From assembly GCA_965219455.1 (NCBI GenBank), contig OZ244744.1, positions 1,664,001-1,728,000 of the forward strand: a DNA stretch of 64,000 nt, read 5' to 3'. Of the stretch, positions 41,340-51,979 are shown one piece after another. Origin of the DNA: Candidatus Latescibacterota bacterium. GTDB taxonomy: Bacteria > Latescibacterota > UBA2968 > GCA-2709665. The translations under genes were made by a program, and so were the position numbers. Position 1 is the first letter of the stretch, and each line of letters starts with the position of its first letter. Below the pieces are notes generated by a model. That model did not search any database and had not been told where the DNA came from. It saw only the letters and a list, made by a program, of their open reading frames with translations.

Positions 41340-41546
41340 TCAGGAGGACTGAAAGGGTGTAGGCATTGTCTGAGGATAGGAGTCGATATTGAGAAAAATG
41401 CAGTACATTATTCCGCGGCCTTCCGCACTGGGGGGAATGGTGCGGAATTGCCATTGATGGAAGTGCCGCCGCATCAAAAATAGATCCGTCAAATCAGGAG
41501 TCTACCTCTGGATGATTTCATTTACAGGATTATGTCACCTGAGAAC

Positions 41547-41861
41547 TCACAGTTTTTCGAGACGTTTCGCACGCTCGTCCAGCCATCGCTGAAAGGATCG
41601 CTGACTTTCACCGGATGGCCTGCCAAGAAGCAGCCCTTCCACACTAAGGTCCTCGTCCAAATCCGGCCAATGAAACCCTTCTCCGTTTCCTATTATTCTC
41701 CAGTTGTTTCGTTCTCTCGGCGTTCCGTGAACAAGCCGGGGATACCACGCCAATGGTATCGATATACTGCGCCCGTCGGCAAAATCGACAGTCAAAGTAT
41801 CGTCTGTCACAACAATATCCTCGGCTTTGGCAACTATGCGTTCAGTCTGTAAAGAATCCAT
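41547..41861 (-). CDS. DUF2442 protein (TA partner)
   Basis: DGRSISIPLAWYPRL, HWPDLDEDLSVEGLL. Confidence 0.9.
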   Translation of the reverse strand: MDSLQTERIVAKAEDIVVTDDTLTVDFADGRSISIPLAWYPRLVHGTPRERNNWRIIGNGEGFHWPDLDEDLSVEGLLLGRPSGESQRSFQRWLDERAKRLEKL

Positions 41862-42078
41862 CCCACCCTCGCAGCAAAAGTTTCTTGTTGTCTGTTACCG
41901 CTTTCCGAATCCTTTTGATGTCAGCGCGACTAAACCCTCCGCTGCCTTGAAGTCGAACGGGCTTAAGCCAACATTTGGCTATCTTATTTTCGCTCTCGAC
42001 ATGAATATGAGGAGGTTCATCACGATCGCTCGAATAGAAGAAAAGCCGGTACGGTCCAACCCGACATACAGTAGGCAT
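41842..42078 (-). CDS. DUF4160 protein (TA partner)
   Basis: MPTV..GPYRLFFYSSDRDEPPHIHV. Confidence 0.9.
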   Translation of the reverse strand: MPTVCRVGPYRLFFYSSDRDEPPHIHVESENKIAKCWLKPVRLQGSGGFSRADIKRIRKAVTDNKKLLLRGWDGFFTD

Positions 42079-42193
42079 GGTAAAACGGATATGGCACATT
42101 CAAACGTGGTTTGAAAATTAGGCCTGAATCTTAGACGCCTGGTCTTGTACGTCGGATTTGTACCTTTACAGATCCTGACCAGACTGACCTTAG

Positions 42194-42352
42194 CAGCCCG
42201 TTGAAAAAGTCCATTCGGGCTGCGTCCGGCCCTTGTGGCCGAATTACTGCGTTGCGCTCCCTCCCCGAATCCCCGATTCGACGCGGTCGCACGCCTTGTC
42301 TTCGGCCACAATGACTCGGCCTCGCCTGCAGAGCGACTTTTTCAACGGACTG
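42194..42352. mobile_element. MITE A (159 bp)
   Basis: TIR cagcccgttgaaaaagtc / gactttttcaacggactg; TTAG duplication. Confidence 0.88.
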
Positions 42353-42457
42353 TTAGATCAAGGGACTTTCGCAAGAGTGAGTGGTTGGAACGCGTTAAAA
42401 CCTGTACGGGAGCTCCCGGCTTTACCTTCGATAACGTAGAATAACCAGGAGAGTTTG

Positions 42458-43297
42458 TCAAGGGCAGTTGAGGAATTCGATCATTCCGCCCGGTTCATCC
42501 GCCTCGCCATGGAGCCAGCGAAGGCCGCCGGGCCAGCCCTGTTCGGCCATGGACAGAATAGCGTGATAGTAATCATTCAAACCGCTCACGGTGTAGTCGT
42601 ACGAATGGTAATCGCGAACGCTGTATTTGGCGATTCCGGCTGCGGTGAACTGGGAAGGTTGCGCATACCAGGCTTCGGGCCCATGGTGCCGGATGACCAG
42701 TTCGGCGTCGTTCATCAGATCCCACGTCGTTGCCGGCCGGCCATCGTCTCTCCGATAGGCGACTCCCGAACTCGTGTCGATGGTCCCCCATATTCCGCGT
42801 CGAAATACTTCGACGATGACGTGTCCGCTGTATGCTGCATTAAGGTTAAAGATATTCACGATGCGGGAGGGAAAGCCGGCAACCTGATACAGCGCGCACC
42901 CCACTCGCGCCACATCGGTGCACCAATCCGAACCCCTGGCGATGATCTCCTCTTCCGTTCCACCGAATTTCAGATCCACAAACGCGACACACGACGCCTC
43001 CTGGACCAGACTTCGAGTAAGTTCAACGATCCGGGCAACCTGTGGCTCAGGATCGCCGGCTGGCAATTCAGCCTCGGAGAGCATCGTCTCAAGAACCGGT
43101 CGGGATCCCGCCACGTAGCCTGTGGTCAGGTCCGAGCAATCGCCATAGAGATATGTAGCGGTTTCCCGGCAAAGCCTGACCATGCTCGACACGATCTCGC
43201 GTTCGACGCTTCCTGCGGCGTGCGGGTCGTTTTCGAGCATCACCCGGTATGCCCTGCCGAAGGCCTTGGGTCCCTTAAATGGATCGAGGTCGATCAA
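42458..43297 (-). CDS. Transglutaminase-like domain protein
   Basis: GSDWCTDVAR (Cys), GHVIVEV (His), WGTID (Asp). Confidence 0.8.
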   Translation of the reverse strand: MIDLDPFKGPKAFGRAYRVMLENDPHAAGSVEREIVSSMVRLCRETATYLYGDCSDLTTGYVAGSRPVLETMLSEAELPAGDPEPQVARIVELTRSLVQEASCVAFVDLKFGGTEEEIIARGSDWCTDVARVGCALYQVAGFPSRIVNIFNLNAAYSGHVIVEVFRRGIWGTIDTSSGVAYRRDDGRPATTWDLMNDAELVIRHHGPEAWYAQPSQFTAAGIAKYSVRDYHSYDYTVSGLNDYYHAILSMAEQGWPGGLRWLHGEADEPGGMIEFLNCP

Positions 43298-43429
43298 TGA
43301 ACTGTACCATAATCCAGTTGCCGAAAAATCCCGGTCGCTACCGAGCCGGCTCCCAATTCCTGCGACCCTCCACGCGATGACCCGACGGCTTGCAGCGCGC
43401 CATTACGTTTAGGCGCTATCCTTTCCCGT

Positions 43430-44734
43430 TTAACCCGACCGGATCAATCTTGGCGCATTCATTCCTTGCCCGAAGGCAAAAAGCCTTGTCTCCCGAGTCG
43501 CGGGAGGAGACATGCTGTCGCCGTAGCTCCACATCACCTGCATGTCTTCGGGACCGGCCTGGTGATTGAATACGACTTTCACGTTATTGTGCGAAAAATC
43601 CGATCCCGCCGTAAGCGGCTCGCCGCGTTGCCAGGGCCCGGCGCCGTCTGTGGACCGCCAGACGTCGATCTCCCCACCGTCTTCCCGCGGCTGAGACGCC
43701 GTGGTCGGCGCGTAGACGGTCACCGACCCGTCTTCGATCACAATGCCGCCGTCGTCGTACATGTGATCTCCGACGGCGATATCGCTGAACCGCCACCCTT
43801 CGTAGGACAGGCGCGCGCATTTCCAATCGCTTACGTAGGTAAACGGATCCGCATCGATAAACAGGACAAAGGGCCGGCCGTCGGGACCCAATTGGATATC
43901 CTTCAGCCACACGCCCCGTTCGCCGCAGTCGTAAAGCTTCTCTGCTTGCGCCTCCGCTATCGGCAGGTCGTAGGGGGTCCCGTCACTTCGCCTCCAGGTC
44001 CTTCCGCCGTCATCGGAACAGGCATAATAGATGTGGTAGCGCCTCGCCCAGAGGTGCTTCGTCCGGATCTCCTCGCGGGTTCCGCCGCCGAGCCGCGACC
44101 AGGCAAGATGGATCTTGCGAGGGAAATCCTCGGTTTCGGCGATAGACACGGCGTAGACGTCGCTTCCTTCATATTCGACGATATCAACCGGCTCCTCCCA
44201 CGTTTCTCCCTGGTTCGTCGATACGCGCGATCGCCATCCGCTGGATCTCTCGCGGTAGGACACGAATATCTCGCCGGGAAGGAGTTGGAAGGGCTGGGGA
44301 TATGACGTGGTCGGATCGATGATCGTGGCGCACTCACGCCAGGCGTCAGTTGCGTAGGGCCTGTCCGAACGGAGAACCCGGGTGGGGTCGTTGTGTGCGC
44401 CGAAGAACACGTAGAGGAAGCCCGCGTCGTCCAGCGCCAGCGTGGGATTCCGGTGTGCGTCTCCGTCCGGGTTCGCGCCGAGAACAGTGGGCCTCGAGAA
44501 CGCGCGCGCGGCGTGATCGTAGCTGCCGATCGCGGGCGCATTCCGCTCGTTTCCAAAAACGAAATACGTGGTACCGGCTTCAGGCGAATACACCGCCATC
44601 GGCCGGTGCCACGCGGAGTAGGTCGCCATGGGACCCGAATATACAAAGTCATTACCTGGCAGCACATTTACGGTTCCGCAGCGGTACCACACACCGCGGT
44701 AGTCGCTATCCATTCGCTCCACGTCCACCCGCAC
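43430..44734 (-). CDS. BNR-4/Asp-box repeat beta-propeller protein
   Basis: DAHRNP, FGAHN, SYPQ, SDDGGRTW. Confidence 0.85.
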   Translation of the reverse strand: MRVDVERMDSDYRGVWYRCGTVNVLPGNDFVYSGPMATYSAWHRPMAVYSPEAGTTYFVFGNERNAPAIGSYDHAARAFSRPTVLGANPDGDAHRNPTLALDDAGFLYVFFGAHNDPTRVLRSDRPYATDAWRECATIIDPTTSYPQPFQLLPGEIFVSYRERSSGWRSRVSTNQGETWEEPVDIVEYEGSDVYAVSIAETEDFPRKIHLAWSRLGGGTREEIRTKHLWARRYHIYYACSDDGGRTWRRSDGTPYDLPIAEAQAEKLYDCGERGVWLKDIQLGPDGRPFVLFIDADPFTYVSDWKCARLSYEGWRFSDIAVGDHMYDDGGIVIEDGSVTVYAPTTASQPREDGGEIDVWRSTDGAGPWQRGEPLTAGSDFSHNNVKVVFNHQAGPEDMQVMWSYGDSMSPPATRETRLFAFGQGMNAPRLIRSG

Positions 44735-44934
44735 ATCCTCTCAATTGCGGTTATCGACGATCTGGCCCATCGGAACGCCGGACGTACGCAGCCCAGTGTT
44801 GGCCTTTCCTGCCCTTGTGCTTCGTCGTTGGCGAGCGTTGCCGGCCGGGTTATATTGCATGAGTCAATAGCTGTGCTTCCGGCCGTCAGTTCCACCCCGC
44901 TGGCGCCGGCCTTCAGGTCCGCTACGCCTACGTT

Positions 44935-45198
44935 ATGACCGATACCCAACTCCTCCAGGAATTCGAAGCCCTCGCCGAACGTCTGGACATCCCCGTCACC
45001 TACGCAAATCTCGAAGGCGGCGAAGGCGGCCTGTGCGTGGTACGGGGCAAGCACCGTATTATTCTGAACCGCAGCCCGGACGTCCGTACCCACATTGAGA
45101 TCTTCGCCCGGGATTTCGCACGGCTTTCCCTGGACGACGTCTACATCCGGCCCCTTGTTCGCGAACGCATCGACGCGGTCAGATCCACGCAGGAATAA
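44935..45198 (+). CDS. Small conserved hypothetical protein (ImmA/IrrE-like fold, no HEXXH)
   Basis: GGLCVVRG..IILN and LDDVYIRPLVRE. Confidence 0.65.
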   Translation: MTDTQLLQEFEALAERLDIPVTYANLEGGEGGLCVVRGKHRIILNRSPDVRTHIEIFARDFARLSLDDVYIRPLVRERIDAVRSTQE

Positions 45199-45224
45199 TC
45201 ACCCGGCGCTACCTCGCCAGCCGC

Positions 45225-46196
45225 TCATACGTACCGTATATTCTTTCCGAGCATGGCCACCGCCTCACCGGTAGCGACCATCGGCCGCAACGGCCGCGCC
45301 CAGAAAATGGACTCCTGGGGGGCATAAACCGTTTCGAGCACCGTGCCGAACGGATCGGTCACGTCGGCCACGGGGTCGCCCTTTTGCAGATGATCGTATA
45401 GCGCGGCCCGATACTCCACGAAACCGCCCCGGCCGGCGAGGAGCGACAGAAAGCCGTCCACCACAGTCTGACGCCGGGGCGTTTGCGCCCGGCCCTCGAT
45501 AAACCCGAGGTGCTTGAAGAGATTTTCCACGCCCGCCACGCCCTTCCGTATACTGCCTTCATCCCATCCGTGGCAACCTCCCAGTTCCGGATCGATGGTG
45601 GGAATTCCTTCATCGGGCGCCGCGCGCGCCAGTTGTCCGTCCGGACCCCGGCAGTCCAGAATGTACCCGATGTCAAACACGCGGGCCATTTCCATACAAG
45701 CCCGGTGAATGCGTTTTCCCCGGTCCACCCGCACCCGGACCTCGTCGATCATGGGCCGAACGCCGCCCTGATGCAGATCGATACAATAGTCCGACTGTTT
45801 CACCGCGCGATGGAAGAGTCGATACGCCACCCGCTCGCTCGACGTGCCTTCCTTGCGACCCGGAAAGCACCGGTTCATCTTCTTTCCGTCCACGGGATTC
45901 AGAGACTCGCCCGCGTGAAAGGCATGAAAGTTCACAATCAGGGTTGCAATCACCCTGCCCCTGAGGACCGCCGGATCCAGCCGCTTCAGCACCCGCCTGA
46001 TCACGGCGATGCCATTCAGTTCGTCTCCGTCGCTGGTCGCCTGTAGATACAGCGTACGCCCGGGCTCCACCCCGTTCACCAGCACAACGGGAAGGCGCAC
46101 GGGAGAGTTATCCTGCATCTCTCCTGCCGTCAGATACCCGTCCTGCCGCTTTCCCGGTTCGGCCTCGAGGTGCTCCACCCTGAGAATATCGCCCAT
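45225..46196 (-). CDS. Succinylglutamate desuccinylase/aspartoacylase (M14) family protein
   Basis: SDGDELNG, MNRCFPG, IDLHQ, PELGG. Confidence 0.88.
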   Translation of the reverse strand: MGDILRVEHLEAEPGKRQDGYLTAGEMQDNSPVRLPVVLVNGVEPGRTLYLQATSDGDELNGIAVIRRVLKRLDPAVLRGRVIATLIVNFHAFHAGESLNPVDGKKMNRCFPGRKEGTSSERVAYRLFHRAVKQSDYCIDLHQGGVRPMIDEVRVRVDRGKRIHRACMEMARVFDIGYILDCRGPDGQLARAAPDEGIPTIDPELGGCHGWDEGSIRKGVAGVENLFKHLGFIEGRAQTPRRQTVVDGFLSLLAGRGGFVEYRAALYDHLQKGDPVADVTDPFGTVLETVYAPQESIFWARPLRPMVATGEAVAMLGKNIRYV

Positions 46197-46329
46197 TCGG
46201 ACCTCAACGCTGATAACCGAATTTCCTGATTCGCGCGTGCGGCGCGACCCCCGCAACCGGCGGCTTCTCCCAAATCACACAAACATCCGCGTTCCTTCAA
46301 CCCTGCCTCCTCGACCGTCCTCCGGCCCA

Positions 46330-46392
46330 CCAGTGTCCCGTCCCGGACAATTTATCGCCATTCGGCAATCTGTTTCCGGGACAGAACACAAG
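46330..46392. mobile_element. Internally deleted MITE B derivative (~63 bp)
   Basis: ccagtgtcccgtcccgg ... tttccgggacagaacacaag, matches ends of 56927-57095. Confidence 0.7.
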
Positions 46393-46516
46393 CTGAACCA
46401 ATAATAAACATGCACGGTACCATCCACTTTTGTCAACAGAAAAGGGGCCATACGCGACCGCTTCGGATGGAACGATTTTTGTTTACATATTATTTATATT
46501 CTATATACTATATAAT

Positions 46517-46777
46517 ATGTGGACCGTTCTTGAACATCGACGGGTGGGAAAGCAGGCCGATTCCATTCCCAGGGAAAATCTCGTGCGTTACGAGACGTGG
46601 AAAGACATCGTAACTCTCTCCGGTCTCGAAGGCCTCAGGTACATCGTTGGGTTTTGTGACGAGGCGCGGCCGGGGAAGAAGAAGGGACGCCGGCAGTCCC
46701 GGCTGGGCGCCGGGTGTCGCGTCATCTACAGAGTCAAAAACCGGGAAATCCGCGTGAGGGCCATTCGCGGCAAATGA
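46517..46777 (+). CDS. HigB/RelE-like toxin, apparently degenerate
   Basis: MWTVLEH, YETWKDIV..SG..GLR...GF.DEA, SRL...RVIY; C-terminal His motif absent. Confidence 0.7.
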   Translation: MWTVLEHRRVGKQADSIPRENLVRYETWKDIVTLSGLEGLRYIVGFCDEARPGKKKGRRQSRLGAGCRVIYRVKNREIRVRAIRGK

Positions 46778-46793
46778 TCGCGGGAAGCAGCGA

Positions 46794-47055
46794 GATGGGA
46801 ACTCAGCACAAGGCGCCGAAGCATATGGCGGTATCCGTCGGCGAGTCCGTCCGTACGATCCGCGAGCTACAGAAGCTCAGCCAGAATGAACTCGCCAGGC
46901 GCACCGGCATTCCCCAGCCCACCATATCGGCCATTGAAAACGGCCGCATACGGCTTGGCGTGGAGCGCGCGAAGGTGCTGGCGAGAGCATTAATGTGCCA
47001 TCCGGCTATCCTGGTCTTCCCCGGCTGGGAAATTAAACGGTCCGGCGGCGCCTGA
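46794..47055 (+). CDS. HigA-like XRE antitoxin (start uncertain)
   Basis: VSVGESVRTIRELQKLSQNELA...ISAIENGR..LGVERAK.LA..L.CHPA.LVFPGW. Confidence 0.85.
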
Positions 47056-47250
47056 GCCCCGAGTCTAAACTGTCGCCAAGGCTCCCCGGGCCTCACAGAC
47101 AGTTTTTTCTGACGTTCCAGTATCTTCCGAAATCCTACCTTTCGAACAGAATTGCTATCTCCACTCACCTTGGGATTCAGACATACGACACGGTAACGTC
47201 TGAACCCCATCACGTAGTGTCCATCATCGTCTTTCCGATGGAGGTCTGCC

Positions 47251-49023
47251 ATGAAGCGGATCATTGTAAAGGTCTTCGCCATTATTGGCGGCGTTGCCAC
47301 CCTGGTCGTCATCGTACTCGCGGCAATCGCCATCGCGTTGGTGTACAAAGGTGAAGAGGAGGTACCGCGACTCACGATCCTGGAAGTAAACCTAGAACGG
47401 AACCTCCCCGAGTACGTACCGGGCAATCCGATTGCTGAAGTCCTGTTTCCCGATGCGATCACCGTCCGAGACCTGGTTGAAGCACTCCACCGGGCCGCGT
47501 CAGACGAGCGCGTCGTGGCGCTCCTGGCGAGGGTGGGCAACAGCGGTATGGGTCTCGCCCGGCTGCAGGAATTGCGAGACGCGGTACAGGTCTTCAGCGA
47601 AAGCGGCAAACCTGCGGTCGCCTACGCAGAGACATTCGGCGAACTCGGCCCGGGCAACGGTTCTTACTATCTCGCGTCGGCGTTCGACGAGATCTATCTC
47701 CAGCCTTCCGGAGACGTGGGTCTCACAGGTCTGATCGCCGAGACCCCATTCATTCGCGGGACACTGGAAAAACTGGGCATCATCCCCCGTATGGATCATC
47801 GGGAAGAGTACAAGAACGCGAAGAATTTCTACACCGAACGCCAGTACACACCCGCTCACAAGGAAGCCACGCAGACGGTGATGGAATCTCAATTCGATCA
47901 ACTGGTCCGGGGAATCGCCGGGAAGCGCGGCCTTTCACCTGATGGGGTCCGCAACCTGTTCGACCAGGGACCGTTCCTCTCGAAAGAAGCGCTGGAGGCG
48001 GGGCTGGTCGACGGCCTGGCGTATCGAGACGAAGTGTACGAACGCATAAGGGAACAGGTGGACGCGGGGGCGACGTATCTGACCCTGAGCAAATACCTGA
48101 AACGGATTGAACCGCACGACGAACAGGGAAAAACCATCGCCCTGATCTACGGGGTCGGCGACGTGACGCGCGGCAAGAGCGATTTTGATCCCACCTCGGG
48201 CGCGACCACGATGGGATCGGATACGATTGCCAGGGCATTTCGGAATGCGGTTCGCAACGACCACGTCGAAGCGATCCTCTTCCGCGTCGACAGCCCGGGC
48301 GGCTCCTATGTGGCCTCGGACGTCATCTGGCGCGAAACCGTCCGGGCCCGTGAAGCGGGCAAACCGGTGGTGGTATCCATGGGCGACGTGGCAGGCTCCG
48401 GCGGATACTTCGTCGCCATGGCCGCAGATCGGATTGTGGCGCAGCCGGGCACGATCACCGGCTCCATTGGCGTCGTGGCGGGCAAGATGCTGACCTCCGG
48501 GATGTGGGAGAAAACCGGAATCTCGTGGGATGAGGTCCACACGAGCGCCCATTCCACCATGTGGACCGGCACCAGAGACTTCTCAGAGGAAGAATGGACA
48601 GAGTTTCAGGCCTGGCTGGATACAGTGTACGAGGATTTCACCGACAAGGTCGCCGAGGGGCGCTCGTTGCCGATAGAACGTGTGCTTGACATCGCCCGGG
48701 GGCGCATCTGGACCGGAGAGGACGCCAGGGAGTTGGGACTGGTTGATGAACTGGGTGGCTACCAAACGGCGTTAAAACTCATTCGCGAAGCGGCGCAGCT
48801 GTCACCCGATGCCGAACTCCGGCTCCAGGTCTTTCCCAGGGCGAAATCCCCGTGGGAATATCTCCTGGAACACGGTATCATCCGCAGCAGTGAACCCGCC
48901 ATCGCTTCTGCATTCGGACAAACGATGGGTAAACTGCAACCGATCGTCACGCTCGCCCGCCGACTCGCTCTGATCCCGCCGCCCGGCGTGTTGACGATGC
49001 CGCAAATCGCACCTTTCAGGTAG
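47251..49023 (+). CDS. sppA: Signal peptide peptidase SppA (67K type)
   Basis: N-terminal TM, EYKNA, RVDSPGGS, AGSGGY, TGSIGV, GRIWTG. Confidence 0.95.
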   Translation: MKRIIVKVFAIIGGVATLVVIVLAAIAIALVYKGEEEVPRLTILEVNLERNLPEYVPGNPIAEVLFPDAITVRDLVEALHRAASDERVVALLARVGNSGMGLARLQELRDAVQVFSESGKPAVAYAETFGELGPGNGSYYLASAFDEIYLQPSGDVGLTGLIAETPFIRGTLEKLGIIPRMDHREEYKNAKNFYTERQYTPAHKEATQTVMESQFDQLVRGIAGKRGLSPDGVRNLFDQGPFLSKEALEAGLVDGLAYRDEVYERIREQVDAGATYLTLSKYLKRIEPHDEQGKTIALIYGVGDVTRGKSDFDPTSGATTMGSDTIARAFRNAVRNDHVEAILFRVDSPGGSYVASDVIWRETVRAREAGKPVVVSMGDVAGSGGYFVAMAADRIVAQPGTITGSIGVVAGKMLTSGMWEKTGISWDEVHTSAHSTMWTGTRDFSEEEWTEFQAWLDTVYEDFTDKVAEGRSLPIERVLDIARGRIWTGEDARELGLVDELGGYQTALKLIREAAQLSPDAELRLQVFPRAKSPWEYLLEHGIIRSSEPAIASAFGQTMGKLQPIVTLARRLALIPPPGVLTMPQIAPFR

Positions 49024-49122
49024 TAATTTGCGCCGAGCGGCGAACTTTGGTCCCATTCGGTCGCTTCGAAAGGATCTCGCCGGAGGGGGAAAAAACAAAT
49101 GGGTAACGGCGGATGATGGGTC

Positions 49123-49758
49123 GTGCTCCTGGCCCATACCGTCTCCCGGGCCGTGGCCGATTACCGGGCAACCCGCCTGTTCGGCGTGCCGACCATGTTA
49201 ATCGCGCTGCTGAACAACCACGAGGTGCGCGGCGCCGATTACGGATCCCTGCGCGCATGCCGCACCAACGCCGCACCCCTGCCCGTGCGCGTTAAAACCG
49301 CGTTCGACGATCTCGTAGGCCGCGAAGTACTCATTGAAGGGTACGGGCTCACCGAAACCAGCCCCCTCACCCACGCCAACCCCCCGCACCGCGCGAAACC
49401 CGGTTCCATCGGCATCCCACTGCCGGACACACAGGCCAGGGTGATCCACCTGAAAACCGGCGCAGACCTTCCAGCGGACGAAGCCGGAGAACTGGTCATC
49501 CGCGGGCCCCAGGTGATGAAGGCTTACCGGAACCGCCCGGATGAGACGGCCCGGGCGATGGACGGCGGCTGGTTGCACACCGGCGACGTCGCTCGTATGG
49601 ACAACGAGGGCTATTTCGCCATTGTGGACCGGCTCAAGGACCAGATCAACACTGCGGGTTTCAAAATCTGGCCCCGCGCGGTGGAATTCCGGGATGATTT
49701 GCCCATAACGGCCACGGGCAAGGTTCTTCGACGGCTCCTGCGCGACGAATCGAAATGA
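49123..49758 (+). pseudogene. Long-chain acyl-CoA ligase fragment
   Basis: EGYGLTETSP, WLHTGD, DRLKD; N-terminal half missing and internal deletion between GFKIWPR and AVEFRDDLP. Confidence 0.85.
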
Positions 49759-49839
49759 CAAACGTTATAATATCCCGGGCCGCGTTGACTCAGGTTAGAA
49801 GATATGGGCTTTTCCGGTTTGATTAATGCCCAATCCAAA

Positions 49840-50646
49840 TCAAAACTTAACTTGCAGATCCATCAGAATGCTCGCCTCAACTTCCTCCAGCGTGCGCGTC
49901 TTTCCCCGCCATTTCAACTTGCCGTCAACAATGTTTCGCTTCGCGTCTTCGACCCCTGCAACCTCGTAGTAATCGCCCCCGGTATTCGTCACATAAAAGA
50001 AGCCGATACAATCTGGCGTGGAATTCCTCACGACCTGGTCGTGCCCTTGGAATGGCGTGGCCGACAACTGTAGCAGAGCTTCTTCTCCCACTTGAAAATA
50101 GGGTTCACCGGAAGAAAGAAGAAAAGTTCTATCAGTAATCTTCCTACCCCTAGTTAGTTTTACCTGGATCGTGTCGAGGCCCGTACCTTTCAGATATTTA
50201 ACAACCTGTATATCCACCTGAGTCCCATAGACGCAGGTCTCCTCTTCCTTCGAGACCGACAGCACCGTGCCAATCAAAACATTATCGGTCATCATCAGGT
50301 TCCACTGATAACGTCTCTCGGGATCCTCCCGAAACCGAATCCTCATTGCCGACGCCGTCCAGAAGAACCGTTCCACGGCGATTTCTCTTGGGCCTATCTG
50401 TATCCTCTTGCCAACGGGATTATGCCCCCTTTTCGGCAGGCTTTTGCGGATATGGTCATCCCCCAGAAAGGGGCTAAGGCTTCGTCCCTCGACTATGGCC
50501 TTGGCTTCCATCTCCCTGATCCACGACATCGCAGCCGAATCTTCCAGAGCTTTCTGAACCTGACACGAAACGCCAACAGGCACGACCACAATCCAAATCG
50601 CTAGAACCGTCAAAAGCAGCCGCTTTATCGTGCGTGTCAGGCACAT
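49840..50646 (-). CDS. Secreted hypothetical protein
   Basis: Signal-like N-terminus, RBS; beta-rich V.KYLKG..F..GE..L pattern. Confidence 0.65.
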   Translation of the reverse strand: MCLTRTIKRLLLTVLAIWIVVVPVGVSCQVQKALEDSAAMSWIREMEAKAIVEGRSLSPFLGDDHIRKSLPKRGHNPVGKRIQIGPREIAVERFFWTASAMRIRFREDPERRYQWNLMMTDNVLIGTVLSVSKEEETCVYGTQVDIQVVKYLKGTGLDTIQVKLTRGRKITDRTFLLSSGEPYFQVGEEALLQLSATPFQGHDQVVRNSTPDCIGFFYVTNTGGDYYEVAGVEDAKRNIVDGKLKWRGKTRTLEEVEASILMDLQVKF

Positions 50647-51150
50647 CTTAAGAGACCTCTCGACAGTGTGAGCCGGTGCGGGCGGCTATTCCAGGCGCAA
50701 TCTCGAACCGTTTCGACCTCGTCAGGCCGTATTTTTGCCGGCACCCTTTTTCTCTTTTTTACGCGTTTTGTTTTTCGTTTCACACGCGCGGCAGAGGGTA
50801 AACACGCGGCCCTCGAAACCGCGGATGACGCCGAGTATCCTGCCGCATAACCGGCAGCGTATCGGAGCCCCGGGGCCCATTGTGCACCGCCTTTCATCTT
50901 TTGTTCGAGACGTGGATCGATTCCAAATCCGCAGGCGACCCCGGACTCATCCGCCGCTAATATGTGATTCGATCCATTTCCGACATTGGAAGACGAAAGT
51001 TCGTCGCCAAAATTCCAGGAATGATCCCAATTATCCGTGGGTACAAAGAACGCAAAAGGGCTTGCCGTTCTTGCCGACAGGCCCCTGTCCGTTAAACGCG
51101 AGAAGATTGGTATATTGACTACGGAGAAAAGTCCAAATTAGATGCTTGTA

Positions 51151-51455
51151 TTACTTTACATCGCCCTTATCAATCCGCGGCGTGCTGGCGAACAACCTAT
51201 CCAATAACAACAAAGAAGAACCTCCAATCTGGATTGAAAGCAATATGTTCATTTCGATTCCATATCTCTTGTAAACCAGAACACAGACACCACCAATCAT
51301 CATTCCTGCGAACGTCAGTATCCAATAAAACATGCTCTTCGCGTAGCCAGGTGCTTCCTTATGCAGCGTCTCCCGGATCCGGTACCACTTCAAACAATCA
51401 GCAAGTATTCCACCAACGCATCCCCAAACGAACGATTCGACACATTATCTACCAT
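51151..51455 (-). pseudogene. Small 3-TM membrane protein with a probable 2-bp frameshift near its start
   Basis: Removing a GT duplication gives MVDNVESFVWGCVGGILADCLKWYRIRE...; ATG overlaps stop of upstream gene. Confidence 0.55.
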
Positions 51456-51763
51456 CTCCGTGCGAATTCCTGCGCGTCGGCAGCAAGTTCCCGGAATGAC
51501 ATCCGCCGCGATCTCGTCGTGTACAATATTCTGCGGGGTCTTGTTCTCCAATCGATAGATGTTCGCACTTCCGAATCGTGCAAATCAAGCTGTTCCGTTA
51601 CGACGTCGGGGTTAACGCCTATCTCGTCCGCAATTCCCTCGACAGTCCTGAAAGCCCAACATTCGTCTGCCAGAGCCAGTTTGATTCGCTCCCACAACGC
51701 TGTGCGATCAACTTGCTGGTCGTTCGGCATCGCGAACTCTTCTTTCATCGCACTTCGATCCAT
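51449..51763 (-). CDS. Small winged-HTH-like protein
   Basis: WERIKLALADECWAFRTVEGIADEIGV..LYTTR. Confidence 0.6.
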   Translation of the reverse strand: MDRSAMKEEFAMPNDQQVDRTALWERIKLALADECWAFRTVEGIADEIGVNPDVVTEQLDLHDSEVRTSIDWRTRPRRILYTTRSRRMSFRELAADAQEFARRW

Positions 51764-51979
51764 CGTGCCCATAGATGACCAAATCAATCATTGTCACTCT
51801 CGCGCCCGCGGCATATTGAATATATCGGATCTGATGCCGACCTGCAACGGGTTTTCTTAAGACGTGGATTCAAAACGGCAGGCAAACGTAGACGGCGCGG
51901 GTAGGCTACAGGAACAGTTTGGGCCAACAGAGAGTGAATCTGTGCACCTTGTCCTATCGTTGCAGCCTTCAACGAACGA

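Noticed and set aside
42194-42352. Long hairpins as integron attC sites
   Set aside because: They have TIRs and target duplications, and lack RYYYAAC/GTTRRRY ends and cassette organisation
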